A model generated the notes under the pieces. It was not told the origin of the DNA. It did no database searches and worked only from the letters and a program-made list of their open reading frames with translations. Of a stretch of 64,000 bases of DNA, positions 20,701 to 30,516 are shown in pieces. Source of the stretch: an uncultured Chlamydiae bacterium (GTDB taxonomy: Bacteria; Chlamydiota; Chlamydiia; Chlamydiales; Parachlamydiaceae); assembly GCA_963754655.1 (NCBI GenBank), contig CAVWGN010000001.1, positions 1,728,001 through 1,792,000 of the forward strand, in the 5' to 3' direction. Within the stretch, counting starts at the first letter, position 1. Every line of letters starts with the position of its first letter. A program made the position numbers and the translations under genes.

Positions 20701-21834
20701 ATTTTCGATAACAAAGGTCATTTAAGCAATTGGAAGGAAATGGGTTTGAATGCAAAACTAAATAGCCAACAATTGACTCCAGAGTTTGCTCAAAGTTTAT
20801 TTCCTTTAAATTCTACTCAAAAACAAAAACTGCAAGCCCTCTTTGGACATACTTTTGATATTCAAGCTTACTTTCAATTGCAAAACTTAACGGGACCTAT
20901 TCAAGCCTCAGCAAGAGGAGCCCAAGGCTATATTCAGTTAGAGGGCCAACTTAATAAAGGAATTTTGACCCTTGATAAGCCGCTTGAAGGCTCTGTAGAA
21001 ATGACTCCTCTATTTAGTGAGACCTTTTTAGCTCCTAATGTGCCTCTTCTTAATACGGCAATAGGAGCTGAAAATCCCATAACCTTTACTATTGAACCTT
21101 CTCATTTTTTCTGCCCTCTCATTCCTTTCCAACTAGAAAAAATAAGGATTGAGAAAGGCAATCTCACCCTTGGAAAAATCCGCTTTCGCAATGAGGGTGA
21201 ACTTAATGCTATTTTAAACTTGATTCATCCTCTTAAAGATCCCTATTTCACTATTTGGTTTACTCCCATTTATTTTGAACTAGAGCGTGGTGTTCTCTCT
21301 TTAAAGCGCATGGACATGTTGATTGCTAAAACTTATCCACTAGCTAACTGGGGAATAATCAACTTAATGACACATCAAGCAAACTTTGTTTTGGGAATCC
21401 CTGGTCAAACTTTGCAATATGCATTTGGAATTCAAGGATTAGATGAAAATTATATTTTGCAAATTGCTCTTCATAGCGCAAACGGAAAAGTCGAAGTTGA
21501 TAAAAAGAAAGCGATGACTCGTATTAGCTCTTTAGTTGCTCAAACGCACGCAGGAAAAAAGAGTCAATTACTTGGCAATATTCTCGATAAAGCGTTATCA
21601 GAAAAAGGTGGCGAGTCCTATCCGCCTTCTACAACTCAACCCCTACCTTGGCAAGGAGAATTTCAATCTCCTCCACAGGCTATCATCCCTTCTGATTCAT
21701 TAGATTCTTCTGAAAATCAAGAGAAAGATAAAGGAAAGAAGAAAAAGAAAAAGCGCAAGCTTTTGGATAATGACAACCTTAACGATTTGCAAGAAGGTGC
21801 CATTCAACTATTGGATCAATGGCTAGGTCAATAA
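17797..21834 (+). CDS. Large envelope protein, AsmA/TamB-like
   Basis: 1345 aa; N-terminal TM anchor then LPTLASTDWGR...IPGSVEIRRLDLHW; beta-rich. Confidence 0.55.
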   Translation: MRAFASRLLILMIILLVICGVLTVLLPTLASTDWGRKQVVYWINHSIPGSVEIRRLDLHWGKGQEIEGFLLKDPEGQAVLEIEKFSTEGTLWQLLNKSTHLGFTLLQDLNAVIVTDEKGLTNLQRALGVEANQETHPLSPSTIILSDVQAESYLFASRPLSAHIKGLTRQENLNGSFEINLALNGLWASNWDELKHDVHHYLSLEESKESKIQAHIVNFPIDLIDRLAAFQNPQLNGLFHSLLGDRLNLNLNKEPSEEGLAFHLTLSAPLMQGDIKGILKPQVLALNEPAIFHLNLMPELINPFIHDHLELLKPSHLEVVISTFSVPLDFFDKEATVDPCLLTFKAELKLPETHLDVNQIGDLKILNLQANLHSAFCDKFIQMEVIGQAQQGNNPFDIHFTSTLNEPKNFYELIQQVRQSMHSTLTISHLPLKMIPFFQHHPEWNEKIGPYINAQFEMHPKEKEQWVGNLSFQTSHIILKEAQLNIGKEISLTSPAQMNWSLSSDCLRTLLNAEELVFDQPCSLQFVLKKLQIPLDDPQLTKFQLESSIPHLSLPKLLTGIFAQVDQFLLKIEGQNLQRFHTDLTSQFALFTPEGNASPLIPEPLTLQYTADWVLGKESIEMPSGKLQLKNAITQIQVDGQLHAGHVFELTQPAQIQYTLSPSAFQSLNHLLQKNWPLVQEDIPFTLKIQPTEFDLNDFSFPNLYVQGLLKAKKIVLKDTSGDLPVLEDIVISWVIDFPRNNIYSNLKGLAYAQKDAKPSQISTRLQFWLTPGHYDPFHTHSEIQMNFAGMPTSLLNILLGSEDLSPIVGPIIDWDFKAFFDPTLEKLGYVDLNLDSAHFHVNGRFKLDNKIALYEFHKLPAFRLTITPQSYQYLKKIFNIQDERNLAAPVTLTGTFSNVDFPIKESWMNQGILDFELSTTDIQWQNISTPAWKVEARISTENLSHHLNFFAQTHSKPPLTLEGNLTHIFDNKGHLSNWKEMGLNAKLNSQQLTPEFAQSLFPLNSTQKQKLQALFGHTFDIQAYFQLQNLTGPIQASARGAQGYIQLEGQLNKGILTLDKPLEGSVEMTPLFSETFLAPNVPLLNTAIGAENPITFTIEPSHFFCPLIPFQLEKIRIEKGNLTLGKIRFRNEGELNAILNLIHPLKDPYFTIWFTPIYFELERGVLSLKRMDMLIAKTYPLANWGIINLMTHQANFVLGIPGQTLQYAFGIQGLDENYILQIALHSANGKVEVDKKKAMTRISSLVAQTHAGKKSQLLGNILDKALSEKGGESYPPSTTQPLPWQGEFQSPPQAIIPSDSLDSSENQEKDKGKKKKKKRKLLDNDNLNDLQEGAIQLLDQWLGQ

Positions 21835-21963
21835 ATTTACCTTCCCGATCCTATTCGATTTCGGTGGATGTTCTATGAATTATAAATAGAGATAAATCCA
21901 TCAATGGGCCATTTGAAATATCTAGATAAAAAAGAGTAAGTTCACTTCGATAGAGATTAATGC

Positions 21964-22000
21964 AAAAAAAAAGCAAGAGTTTAACATGTTAAACTCTTGC
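21964..22000 (-). terminator. Rho-independent terminator of the RRM gene
   Basis: Perfect palindrome gcaagagtttaacatgttaaactcttgc followed by U9 on the minus strand. Confidence 0.75.
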
Positions 22001-22048
22001 CTGATTAGTGTGCTAAAAATAATTTAGCACACTGATAGACGCCTCTTG

Positions 22049-22408
22049 TCAACTAAAATTTCTTGGACCAGAGCGATAGTTAGTGCGGCCGCCGCCACCA
22101 CCACCATAAGAAGATTCACCACGCGGCTCTCTTTCTCTTCTTTCTGAACGTTCTCTTTCTTGCGCCAAGCTGAGGCGAAGAGAACGATCGAGTAGGGGTT
22201 TTCCATTAAGTTCACGGATTGCATTTGAAGCAGCATCTTCATCTGCCATTTCTACAAATCCAAAACCTTTGGATCTTCCTGTCGTTTTATCGGTAACGAT
22301 CTTGGCACTCAGGACTTGGCCGTAAACTTCAAAATGAGCTTTTAATTGCTCTTCTGTTGTTTTCCAAGATAAGTTACCAACAAATATTTTCTTCATAAAA
22401 TTCTCCAT
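22049..22408 (-). CDS. RRM RNA-binding protein with Gly/Arg-rich tail
   Basis: RNP2 IFVGNL and RNP1 KGFGFVEM. Confidence 0.95.
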   Translation of the reverse strand: MENFMKKIFVGNLSWKTTEEQLKAHFEVYGQVLSAKIVTDKTTGRSKGFGFVEMADEDAASNAIRELNGKPLLDRSLRLSLAQERERSERREREPRGESSYGGGGGGRTNYRSGPRNFS

Positions 22409-22862
22409 AGAATTAAGTTAACAAGGGGTCTCATTGTTGCTTAATCGGTTCCCCTCGACACCGATTAAGGACAATCGTAACAGCTAAGCCACAAAGGCTT
22501 CATACTGTTAAAATTACTCATTCAATAGTGTAAGACGCAAGGGGAAACAAAGTATCTCAATTTGAGTGATAGGGAATTGATTATAAAATAAATTGACTCT
22601 AAAGTTCAAATTTATCTTAAAATCCTCAAAAGTATACGTGTGAACCTCTTTTCGCTACACTAAACTTGTATGCGTAAAGGGCATTTTTATTTGACCGTGC
22701 AATTACCTCGATTGATCTACTAGTTTCATTATAACATAAATTTCATTTTAGTCTAGTATAAAATCAAAAAAAATCAGCAATTAGGAAGAATTTCCATTTT
22801 TAGCTAAAAAATGACACATCACGGAGTCAAAACAATCTCTAAATTAAGGACTTAGAATTTTA

Positions 22863-24347
22863 TTACCTTTGCAACTTCTGAATAGTCATTTGTTGCTGTT
22901 GCACCGTTTCGTTGAGCTGCTGCACATTCTGTTGCAGATCGAGGATAAGAGATTGCTGTTCTTGCACGGCCTTGACTAAGGAAATTACAAAACTAGAATA
23001 AGCCAATCCATAATAGCCTTTATCTTCGTCCTCTGGTGTATTCAATCCATCAAAATCGTATCCACATTTTTGTGCTGCAACTTCTACTTCCTGTGCAATA
23101 AAACCTGATTTAATGATCTTGCTTTGCTTGACTTCTCTTACCTTTAATCTTTTGTCATCAGGGATCTGCATCAGTGCCGCCATCCGATCCCTATCAACTT
23201 GATAAGTTACAGGGCGTAAATTCATGATAAAGGAGAGTCCGGGAACATTATTTTGAACATTAATTTTGAATCGTCCATCTGAGGGAGTTGTAAATTCAAC
23301 TTGACCTTCAATTGTATCAACTTCCATGTTCCCGATTCGCACTTTATTACTTGCATCGCAAACTGCTCCAAAACCTATTGCAGTTGCATTGGTCAACGGC
23401 CCAGCAAACAGAGAGACATCGGCATTGGCCCCTATAGCAGTATTTTGAGAGCCTATGTCATTTGATATAAGAGCACTTATTCCAATTGCTGTGTTCAGGT
23501 TGCCCCCAATATTATTTAAGAGAGCATTATTTCCTACAGCTGTGTTGAGTCGACCTGTAGCATTACCGCCCATACACTGGAAACCGATAGCTGTATTAAA
23601 ATTCTGTGCATTATTATGCAACGCACTAAATCCAACAGCGGTGTTAAAACTTCCAGTAGTACCTGAATTAAGAGACGAAGCACCCACAGCTGTGTTAAAT
23701 GCTCCATCTAAACTAGCAAAAAGTGCTTGAAAACCTACTGCAGTGTTTTGGGACGCTTCAACAGCACTAAATAGTGCTGAGCTTCCTATGGCAGTGTTAT
23801 CTTGACCGATGGTATTAGAAAACAAGGAATTGTTACCAAGAGCAGTATTGTCACCTGGTTGTTGAAAAATGGGTTCAATAGAAGTATTAAAACCTGAGTG
23901 ATAACCGATAAAGGTGTTGTTTGCACTCTGATTCGATGCTCCCGAACCTTCACCTAGAAATACGCCTTGATGAGTATTGAATATTTCTATTTGACCTCGT
24001 GCTGTCACCCCTATGTAGGGAAGATCTCCGGGCAACCCATTAGCAGAAATGTTGATTGGAGTCGCATCAAATGTGCCAAGAAAATTTTTATGGGGATCTA
24101 TATTACTATTTCCTATGGTGAGCCAGGCATTCAGCACTTGTTGTTCGAGCTGATTCATTTTATTCTTGTACTTCCGAACAACACGCGGGCACGGCTTTTT
24201 TTTATGGATTGAACGTGTGAGAACCTCTGGAATATTGATATGTTCATCTTTAGATAGAGGATAAGCTTCCTCTGCAGTTAAATAATTGATACCTCCCATC
24301 GTGCATAAACATAAGAGTGATTCAAATAAAAATAATTTATAATTCAT
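22863..24347 (-). CDS. Secreted fibre/adhesin-like protein with NTAxGxxAL repeats and C-terminal peptidase S74 chaperone domain
   Basis: Likely start MNYKLFLF at 24347 with upstream AGGAGA; PSDGRFK cleavage motif, LRPVTY, GFIAQEV, LVKAVQEQ coiled coil. Confidence 0.85.
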   Translation of the reverse strand: MNYKLFLFESLLCLCTMGGINYLTAEEAYPLSKDEHINIPEVLTRSIHKKKPCPRVVRKYKNKMNQLEQQVLNAWLTIGNSNIDPHKNFLGTFDATPINISANGLPGDLPYIGVTARGQIEIFNTHQGVFLGEGSGASNQSANNTFIGYHSGFNTSIEPIFQQPGDNTALGNNSLFSNTIGQDNTAIGSSALFSAVEASQNTAVGFQALFASLDGAFNTAVGASSLNSGTTGSFNTAVGFSALHNNAQNFNTAIGFQCMGGNATGRLNTAVGNNALLNNIGGNLNTAIGISALISNDIGSQNTAIGANADVSLFAGPLTNATAIGFGAVCDASNKVRIGNMEVDTIEGQVEFTTPSDGRFKINVQNNVPGLSFIMNLRPVTYQVDRDRMAALMQIPDDKRLKVREVKQSKIIKSGFIAQEVEVAAQKCGYDFDGLNTPEDEDKGYYGLAYSSFVISLVKAVQEQQSLILDLQQNVQQLNETVQQQQMTIQKLQR

Positions 24348-24543
24348 TGCAGGATCTCCTAATATAAATTGAACTATCCCAAAGGTTATCTGAAAATTCA
24401 CGACAGAAGTTTCAAGATTTGACACATCTCTTTGGCATAAAATAATTTCATTATAGCGTCAACCAAAAAGACCCCATTACAACGCATTGGAATTAAAAAG
24501 ATCATTCTCAAGACAAATGCGCCAAATTTCAAAAGAGTTATTT

Positions 24544-24572
24544 TTGACAAAATTTTTTGCGTGTTTTAGAAT
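24544..24572 (+). promoter_or_regulatory. Sigma70/sigma66-type promoter for mutM
   Basis: TTGACA-17 bp-TAGAAT. Confidence 0.7.
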
Positions 24573-24626
24573 CTTGCTTTTAAATTCATTCATACATTCA
24601 AAAATTGAATAAATGCAATTTCACTT

Positions 24627-25475
24627 ATGCCTGAATTACCAGAAGTCCATACTATTTTGCAGGATCTTAAACAAGCTGGACTTGTGGGATGCAGGATTCA
24701 GAAGGTTCATTTACATTGGCCAAAAACCGTAGCTCAGCCCGCTGCTGCTCATTTTTGTCAACTATTATGCCATAAACGTATCATAGGATTGGATAGGCGC
24801 GGAAAGTATTTGATCTTCTCCTTATCTCAAGGTTATTATCTTTGCATTCACTTACGCATGACTGGAAGGCTATTACTTGTTGATCAAGCAACTCCTGAGA
24901 CTCTTTATGTCAGATTGCGTCTAGAATTAGATCATGGAAAGGCACTTGATTATCATGATACCCGTAAATTTGGCCGTTGGCATTTAGTGAAAAATCCAGA
25001 GGAAGTTGTAGGCAAAATTGGACCTGAACCCTTATCGCCAAATTTTACCTTTGAAAACTTTTGGAATCGCCTGCATCCACGTTCGCGTGCTTTGAAACCT
25101 CTTTTGCTTGATCAAACTTTTTTGGCAGGACTTGGAAATATTTATGTCGACGAAGCTCTTTGGCAAGCACAACTTCATCCCCTTCAATCTGCTCATCTAT
25201 TGACTCCGCAACAAGCCCAGCATTTGTATCAAGCAATTCGTTATGTCTTAATAAGGGGCATTGAAAGCCAAGGCACAACGCTAGGTACTGGACGGACAAA
25301 CTACTATCGTTTGGATGGAACACGCGGAGGACACCAAATGCTTCTGAATGTTTTCCGCCGTACAGGAAAACCATGCTCGCGTTGCGGGTATTTCATTGAG
25401 CGCTTGGTAGTAGCTCAAAGAAGTACGCACATTTGTCCACATTGCCAGCCTTCGACTTCAATGAGGGAGCATTGA
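24627..25475 (+). CDS. mutM: Formamidopyrimidine-DNA glycosylase
   Basis: MPELPEV, RRGKYL, HLRMTG, GLGNIYVDE, C4 zinc finger. Confidence 0.97.
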   Translation: MPELPEVHTILQDLKQAGLVGCRIQKVHLHWPKTVAQPAAAHFCQLLCHKRIIGLDRRGKYLIFSLSQGYYLCIHLRMTGRLLLVDQATPETLYVRLRLELDHGKALDYHDTRKFGRWHLVKNPEEVVGKIGPEPLSPNFTFENFWNRLHPRSRALKPLLLDQTFLAGLGNIYVDEALWQAQLHPLQSAHLLTPQQAQHLYQAIRYVLIRGIESQGTTLGTGRTNYYRLDGTRGGHQMLLNVFRRTGKPCSRCGYFIERLVVAQRSTHICPHCQPSTSMREH

Positions 25476-25556
25476 ATTCTCATTTAACTTTTATAAATAA
25501 AGAGTTATCATGTGTTTATAGGTTTTGTTTACCCTTCTTATTAAAAGGAAATTGCC

Positions 25557-26777
25557 ATGCTTAAAACTCTTGAAGAAGCAATTTCAGCTTTAGCAAAAGG
25601 TCAGTTCGTCATTGTCGCCGATGATGCAAATCGGGAAAATGAGGGAGATCTTATTTTAGCTGCTGAAAAAGCCACTCCTCAAGCATTAGCTTTTATGATT
25701 CGGTATACAACAGGAATTATTTGCTTGGCTATGCAAGGATCTCGGCTAGATGAATTACGCCTCCCTCAGATGGTTCCAGACAATACAGATCGCAAACAAA
25801 CGGCCTTTACCGTCTCTGTCGATAGCCGCCATGAAACGACAACTGGGGTTTCAGCAACTGATCGCACTAAAACAATCTTAGCTTTAATTGATCCAGCCAC
25901 TCGTCCAGAAGACTTATGTCGGCCAGGCCACATCTTCCCTTTGCGCTATAAGGATGGCGGAGTGCTCAAGAGAGCTGGACACACAGAAGCTGCTATTGAT
26001 CTCACCCAAATGGCCAACCTTTATCCAGCTGGAGTGATTGGAGAATTAATCAAAGACGACGGGTCCATGATGCGATTACCTGATTTGGAACAATTTGCCG
26101 CCGTCCATCAAATTCCCTTGATTACAGTTGCCGATATTGTCCGCCACCGCCGGCGCAGCGAAAAATTAGTTGAACGCCTTTCTCAAGCTCGCTTGCCCAC
26201 TGCTTATGGTGATTTTACCGCTTTTGTTTATGAATCTAAATTAGATGGTATGCAGCACATGGCTCTTGTAAAAGGTGAAGTAAAGGGTAAGCCCAATATT
26301 TTAGTGCGTGTTCACTCTGAATGTTTAACAGGCGATGTCTTTGGCTCTCAACGTTGTGATTGTGGACCTCAACTCGCTTGTGCTATGAATAAAATTGCCC
26401 AAGAAGGCCAAGGCGTTATTATTTATTTAAGAGGACATGAAGGCAGAGGAATTGGATTAGGGCATAAATTACGCGCCTATCAGCTTCAAGACCTAGGACG
26501 AGATACAGTAGAAGCCAATTTGGAATTAGGCCTCCCTATTGATTCACGAGAGTATGGAATTGGCGCTCAAATTTTAGTTGATATTGGACTTTCAACCATT
26601 CGTCTCATGACCAATAATCCTGCAAAATATGGCGGATTAGCAGGCTATGATCTTTCCATTATTGAACGGGTACCTCTTCCTCCTTTTCCTACAGAAGAAA
26701 ACCGCCGCTATTTGCAAGCCAAAAAAGAGAAAATGGGACATTTATTAGACTTGATCAATATCCATCCTTCTCATTAA
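25557..26777 (+). CDS. ribBA: Bifunctional DHBP synthase / GTP cyclohydrolase II
   Basis: [46 protein letters not shown]. Confidence 0.97.
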   Translation: MLKTLEEAISALAKGQFVIVADDANRENEGDLILAAEKATPQALAFMIRYTTGIICLAMQGSRLDELRLPQMVPDNTDRKQTAFTVSVDSRHETTTGVSATDRTKTILALIDPATRPEDLCRPGHIFPLRYKDGGVLKRAGHTEAAIDLTQMANLYPAGVIGELIKDDGSMMRLPDLEQFAAVHQIPLITVADIVRHRRRSEKLVERLSQARLPTAYGDFTAFVYESKLDGMQHMALVKGEVKGKPNILVRVHSECLTGDVFGSQRCDCGPQLACAMNKIAQEGQGVIIYLRGHEGRGIGLGHKLRAYQLQDLGRDTVEANLELGLPIDSREYGIGAQILVDIGLSTIRLMTNNPAKYGGLAGYDLSIIERVPLPPFPTEENRRYLQAKKEKMGHLLDLINIHPSH

Positions 26778-26793
26778 CAACGTCGGAGCCAAT

Positions 26794-27303
26794 ATGAAAG
26801 AATACAAAGGACGTTTCATTGCACCCAAAGCCCGTATTGGAATTGTTGTAGCTCGTTTTAATGAGTTAGTGACTAAAAGTCTGTTAAATGGTGCTTTAGA
26901 AGCATTTGAAAGATTTGGAATCCCCCAAAATAATATTACCCTTGCTTGGGCCCCAGGATCATTTGAAATCCCTCTTATTGCCAAGCAACTTGCTCAGACA
27001 GGACAACTCGATGCCATTATTTGTTTAGGAGCTGTGATCAGAGGAGCTACTGCTCACTTTGATTATGTTGCAAGCCAAGTCGCCTCCGGCATCGCAAGCG
27101 TCTCTCTTGAAACTCAGATCCCTATTATTTTTGGTATTTTAACGACAGATACCATTGAGCAGGCGATTGAACGGTCGGGAACTAAAGCAGGCAATAAGGG
27201 ATTAGATGCTGCTCAAACAGCTCTTGAGATGGTCGATCTCTTGCAGCAAATCAAAAGCGACTTATTTTCTTCTACCTCTAATAAAATCACTAGCACTGTA
27301 TGA
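26794..27303 (+). CDS. ribH: 6,7-dimethyl-8-ribityllumazine synthase
   Basis: IVVARFN, PGSFEIP, GAVIRGATAHFDYV, GNKG. Confidence 0.97.
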   Translation: MKEYKGRFIAPKARIGIVVARFNELVTKSLLNGALEAFERFGIPQNNITLAWAPGSFEIPLIAKQLAQTGQLDAIICLGAVIRGATAHFDYVASQVASGIASVSLETQIPIIFGILTTDTIEQAIERSGTKAGNKGLDAAQTALEMVDLLQQIKSDLFSSTSNKITSTV

Positions 27304-27498
27304 TAAGCTTGACGAATTTTTCCTCTAAATTTAATCAGATAAATAAATTTTTCCGTTCTTAAGCGATTTCCAAGAATGGGAATTTATTGACATGTAATAT
27401 TGTTCTGAGACCTTTCTTAATTTTTGAAGAATATGCATTGCGAAAATTTCTTGCTTAGATAAGATAAAGAAAAATGAAGGTAGCAAGGTCTTAAAATA

Positions 27499-27825
27499 TT
27501 GAAAACGATTTTACTTTTAACTTTATCTAATATTTTTATGACCTTTGCTTGGTACGGTCATTTAAGGTATCGTAATACACCTTTAATTCTTGCCATCTTG
27601 GTCAGTTGGAGCATTGCTTTTTTTGAGTATTGTTTTCAAGTACCAGCTAATCGAATTGGAAGCTATGAATTTTCAACAGTACAATTAAAAACTATACAAG
27701 AAATTATCACTCTTGTCGTATTTTGTTTCTTCTCTTACTTTTATTTACAAGAATCTATAAGATTTAATCAGATTATAGGTTTTATTTTCTTAATACTTGC
27801 TGCTTTTTTCATTTTTAAATCATAA
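27499..27825 (+). CDS. DMT-superfamily small membrane protein (DUF486 type)
   Basis: SNIFMTFAWYGHL, SWSIAFFEYCFQVPANRIG, QLKTIQEIITL. Confidence 0.9.
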   Translation: MKTILLLTLSNIFMTFAWYGHLRYRNTPLILAILVSWSIAFFEYCFQVPANRIGSYEFSTVQLKTIQEIITLVVFCFFSYFYLQESIRFNQIIGFIFLILAAFFIFKS

Positions 27826-27941
27826 ATTTTCTAATCATTTAATAGTATTCTAAATAAAGTTTGCTTCCAACATCTATGGCAAATGGACAAATAATTCTTT
27901 TCTTTGATATTTAAAGCAAATAAAATAAAAGAAGTTTTCCA

Positions 27942-28082
27942 ATGAATGCTTGGCTATATTTTCTGATTATTTTTGCAGGCATTTTACAGGCTATGGGAAA
28001 TTCTATGAATGCACAGCTCAGAAATTCTCTACAAAATCCTTGGTTAGCAAGTATTGTATCATTCGGTCTCATTCTGGCATGA
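27942..28082 (+). pseudogene. Truncated YdcZ/DUF606-like DMT transporter fragment
   Basis: MNAWLYFLIIFAGILQAMGNSMNAQLRNSLQNPWLASIVSFGLILA*; only the first third of the family length. Confidence 0.6.
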
Positions 28083-28097
28083 TCCATTACAAATAAG

Positions 28098-28141
28098 AAA
28101 AAGCCTCATTAGAGGAAGTTCTCAAATGAGGCTTTTTTTTT
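28098..28141. terminator. Bidirectional rho-independent terminator
   Basis: aaaaagcctcatt...aatgaggctttttttt between convergent genes. Confidence 0.8.
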
Positions 28142-28151
28142 AAAAGTAAGT

Positions 28152-28568
28152 TCAAACCATAATATAGGTAGGACTTGTTGATGTCGATTGATCACGAAAT
28201 CCATGCAAAAATAAATTTAGCCCGATAGTAAAAAAGGCTCCTGCTAATAAATTGACGCGGTACTTTGTCAAAGAATTAATGGCCACCTGAGCAATCCCCA
28301 AATTGATGACGAAACTCACTGCTTGATGATACCATTTGATATTTCCTCTAAGATCAGCAAAAGCTTCTCGGAACAAAGGTGTGGTTAAGCCGCTAATGAC
28401 AGAAACAGTAGCAGCCAAGCTAGCAGTCACTAATCCAACATGAACATCTCCGGATAATAAGGCTGAAATGACAAATGAATAAACGCCGCTTTCAATTGCT
28501 GCCTTTGGAATGTTTGTAGGTAACCGTTGAACATAATCATTAAAACTATGACGAATTGCATCTAACAT
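28152..28568 (-). CDS. Hypothetical membrane protein
   Basis: 138 aa, several hydrophobic segments, GGAG upstream. Confidence 0.7.
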   Translation of the reverse strand: MLDAIRHSFNDYVQRLPTNIPKAAIESGVYSFVISALLSGDVHVGLVTASLAATVSVISGLTTPLFREAFADLRGNIKWYHQAVSFVINLGIAQVAINSLTKYRVNLLAGAFFTIGLNLFLHGFRDQSTSTSPTYIMV

Positions 28569-28654
28569 CCTTGCACTCCTGTTAATTATTAAAAACTAGA
28601 AATTATCCAAAAGATGAATTAAAATCAATAAAATTCATCTTATTATTAAAGCAC

Positions 28655-28972
28655 GGGTGTGGTTAAATCTGGGAGTTTATATTTTTTTAGCAGATCGATA
28701 CGAAATGGTAGGGCGGCGGTAGCCGCTTTCAGTGGGAAGCCCCGTATAAAGCGAGCTTGCGAGTGGAAGGCGGGTGTAGGCATCAATAAAATATAAACCG
28801 CGGAAGCAGTGATCTTACACTGCTTCCGCAGCTCAATGCTATCTTGCCTACACCCGCCTTCCGCTCGCAAGCTCGCTTCATACGGGGCTTCCCACTGAAA
28901 GCGGCTACCGCCGCCCTACCATTTCGTATCGATCTGCTAAAAAAATATAAACTCCCAGATTTAACCACACCC
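28655..28972. mobile_element. 318-bp foldback MITE (module G)
   Basis: ~128-bp inverted arms starting GGGTGTGGTTAAATCTGGGAG; 9-bp direct repeat TTAAAGCAC at 28646-28654 and 28973-28981. Confidence 0.9.
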
Positions 28973-28982
28973 TTAAAGCACA

Positions 28983-29699
28983 TTAAAAACTACTAGTTTT
29001 CTTGAGTCTTTCATAAGCTTGGAATCGATCCGTAAAAGATAGGGCGATGTCCTGCACAATTTTGTTGAGTTGTTCAACAAATAGTGCTTTAGGGCTAACG
29101 ATAAGATGTTGTTTTTCCCATGTAATGGCTTGAAAAGCCATGTTGGGATCCATTTTAAAACGTTCCAATGTCACAGACTCGAATAACCTTCCATTACAGC
29201 AAGCGACATAGCCTTTTTCAATAGGATAGACAAAAATTTCAATTTCAAAAGCAGGTAAAGGGGGTTTATCCTCAGCAACTAGAATTTGTGGCTTGATATT
29301 GACCTTAGTAAAGATTGATTCTACCTCTTTTTTAATTTGCCCTTCTGAGATATCCAACATTTCGTTTTCCGGCTTTATAATGGAAATATACACTCCAATA
29401 TTATTACTGATATTGAGTAAATGATCACTTCCTTCCCATCTGCCATTTAAAAGAACTAAAATACCAGGATGCAAATACTCTGCTTCTTGGGGAGTGAGCG
29501 TAGGTAATTTCACTGGAGGTGGGAGAGAAGCAGGTATTGATGGGGGTGATGCAGGTTGCTTGTTGGGTTCTAAAGGCTTCATTTTTTCAATTGAAGAAGA
29601 GGTCTGAGCACTCGAACTCATTTTTGCCTGGGTAATCTGACCCATCATTTCATTTGCAATCAATAACGAAGACAATCCTATCCAAATCAATTTCTTCAT
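28983..29699 (-). CDS. Hypothetical exported protein
   Basis: Signal peptide, Pro-rich linker, globular C-terminal domain. Confidence 0.75.
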   Translation of the reverse strand: MKKLIWIGLSSLLIANEMMGQITQAKMSSSAQTSSSIEKMKPLEPNKQPASPPSIPASLPPPVKLPTLTPQEAEYLHPGILVLLNGRWEGSDHLLNISNNIGVYISIIKPENEMLDISEGQIKKEVESIFTKVNIKPQILVAEDKPPLPAFEIEIFVYPIEKGYVACCNGRLFESVTLERFKMDPNMAFQAITWEKQHLIVSPKALFVEQLNKIVQDIALSFTDRFQAYERLKKTSSF

Positions 29700-29751
29700 G
29701 CTAAACCTCCCATCAATGCAATATTTTATTTAACTGATTGAAACATTTGAA

Positions 29752-30516
29752 TCAAGGATAGACTATACAAATGGGGCGTTGAATGTGGTTAATAAATCCG
29801 TTTGTACGCTGTAATAAGTGTTTCCAGCTTGGCTTTTTTTCTTTTAATTCACGATTAAGACTTGTAAAAAAACATTGTGTATAGAGTCCTCCAAAGTGCG
29901 ATCCATAGGAAAATTGTCCTTTGCTGCAACTTGAAACCACGATACACCCCTTTGCGTTGCAGAAGAGCTGTTGATAGCCTGGATAGTGCGGTGGATAGAG
30001 CTTTAAATTGACTAAAACATTTTTCGTTTGATTTCCAAAAAGGCCATTTTCCATAAAATGATTACAGCAATCAGACATCACTAGAGCAAATTGAGGCTTC
30101 TTACTCCGAATCGTCGAGGTCACCCATTGAATATCGAGCCCTGGTTTATAAAATTCAAAAGTCAAAAAAGGCCAAGGAGTTTTTTTCTTAAAGGTACGGT
30201 AACCATGACCTGAAAAATAGAAAATAATAGAATCTGATTCCCCTACCACTAAACTTTTTAGATAACTTTTGATTTTTTCTTGGTTAAATTCGGCTCCACT
30301 GAAAATTTTTTCTTTCAAAATCATTTTTGTATGCTTTGTAATCATCTGCAGTTCTTTTTGCCATCGGCACAGATTAGGCTGCGCGACTAAGCGAATATCG
30401 TGAATAGTATCAGCAACCAAAATAGCATGAAGTGTTTTAGCCCACGTCACTTGTTTTAGCAAAAGACAAGCAAAAAAGCATACTATAAAACAGAAGAATC
30501 TGGACATGAGAACCAT
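29752..30516 (-). CDS. Caspase-family (peptidase C14/metacaspase-like) protein with signal peptide
   Basis: FYFSGHG and MSDCC catalytic dyad motifs; SSCSKGQFS, GGLYT. Confidence 0.85.
   Translation of the reverse strand: MVLMSRFFCFIVCFFACLLLKQVTWAKTLHAILVADTIHDIRLVAQPNLCRWQKELQMITKHTKMILKEKIFSGAEFNQEKIKSYLKSLVVGESDSIIFYFSGHGYRTFKKKTPWPFLTFEFYKPGLDIQWVTSTIRSKKPQFALVMSDCCNHFMENGLFGNQTKNVLVNLKLYPPHYPGYQQLFCNAKGCIVVSSCSKGQFSYGSHFGGLYTQCFFTSLNRELKEKKPSWKHLLQRTNGFINHIQRPICIVYP

Noticed and set aside
22863..24425. Prophage
   Set aside because: Single S74 fibre gene with no other phage genes or integrase.
25476..25556. FMN riboswitch before ribBA
   Set aside because: Only ~80 AT-rich bases, without RFN consensus motifs.
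28646..28983. ORFs 28646-28870 and 28783-28983
   Set aside because: Lie within the foldback MITE.
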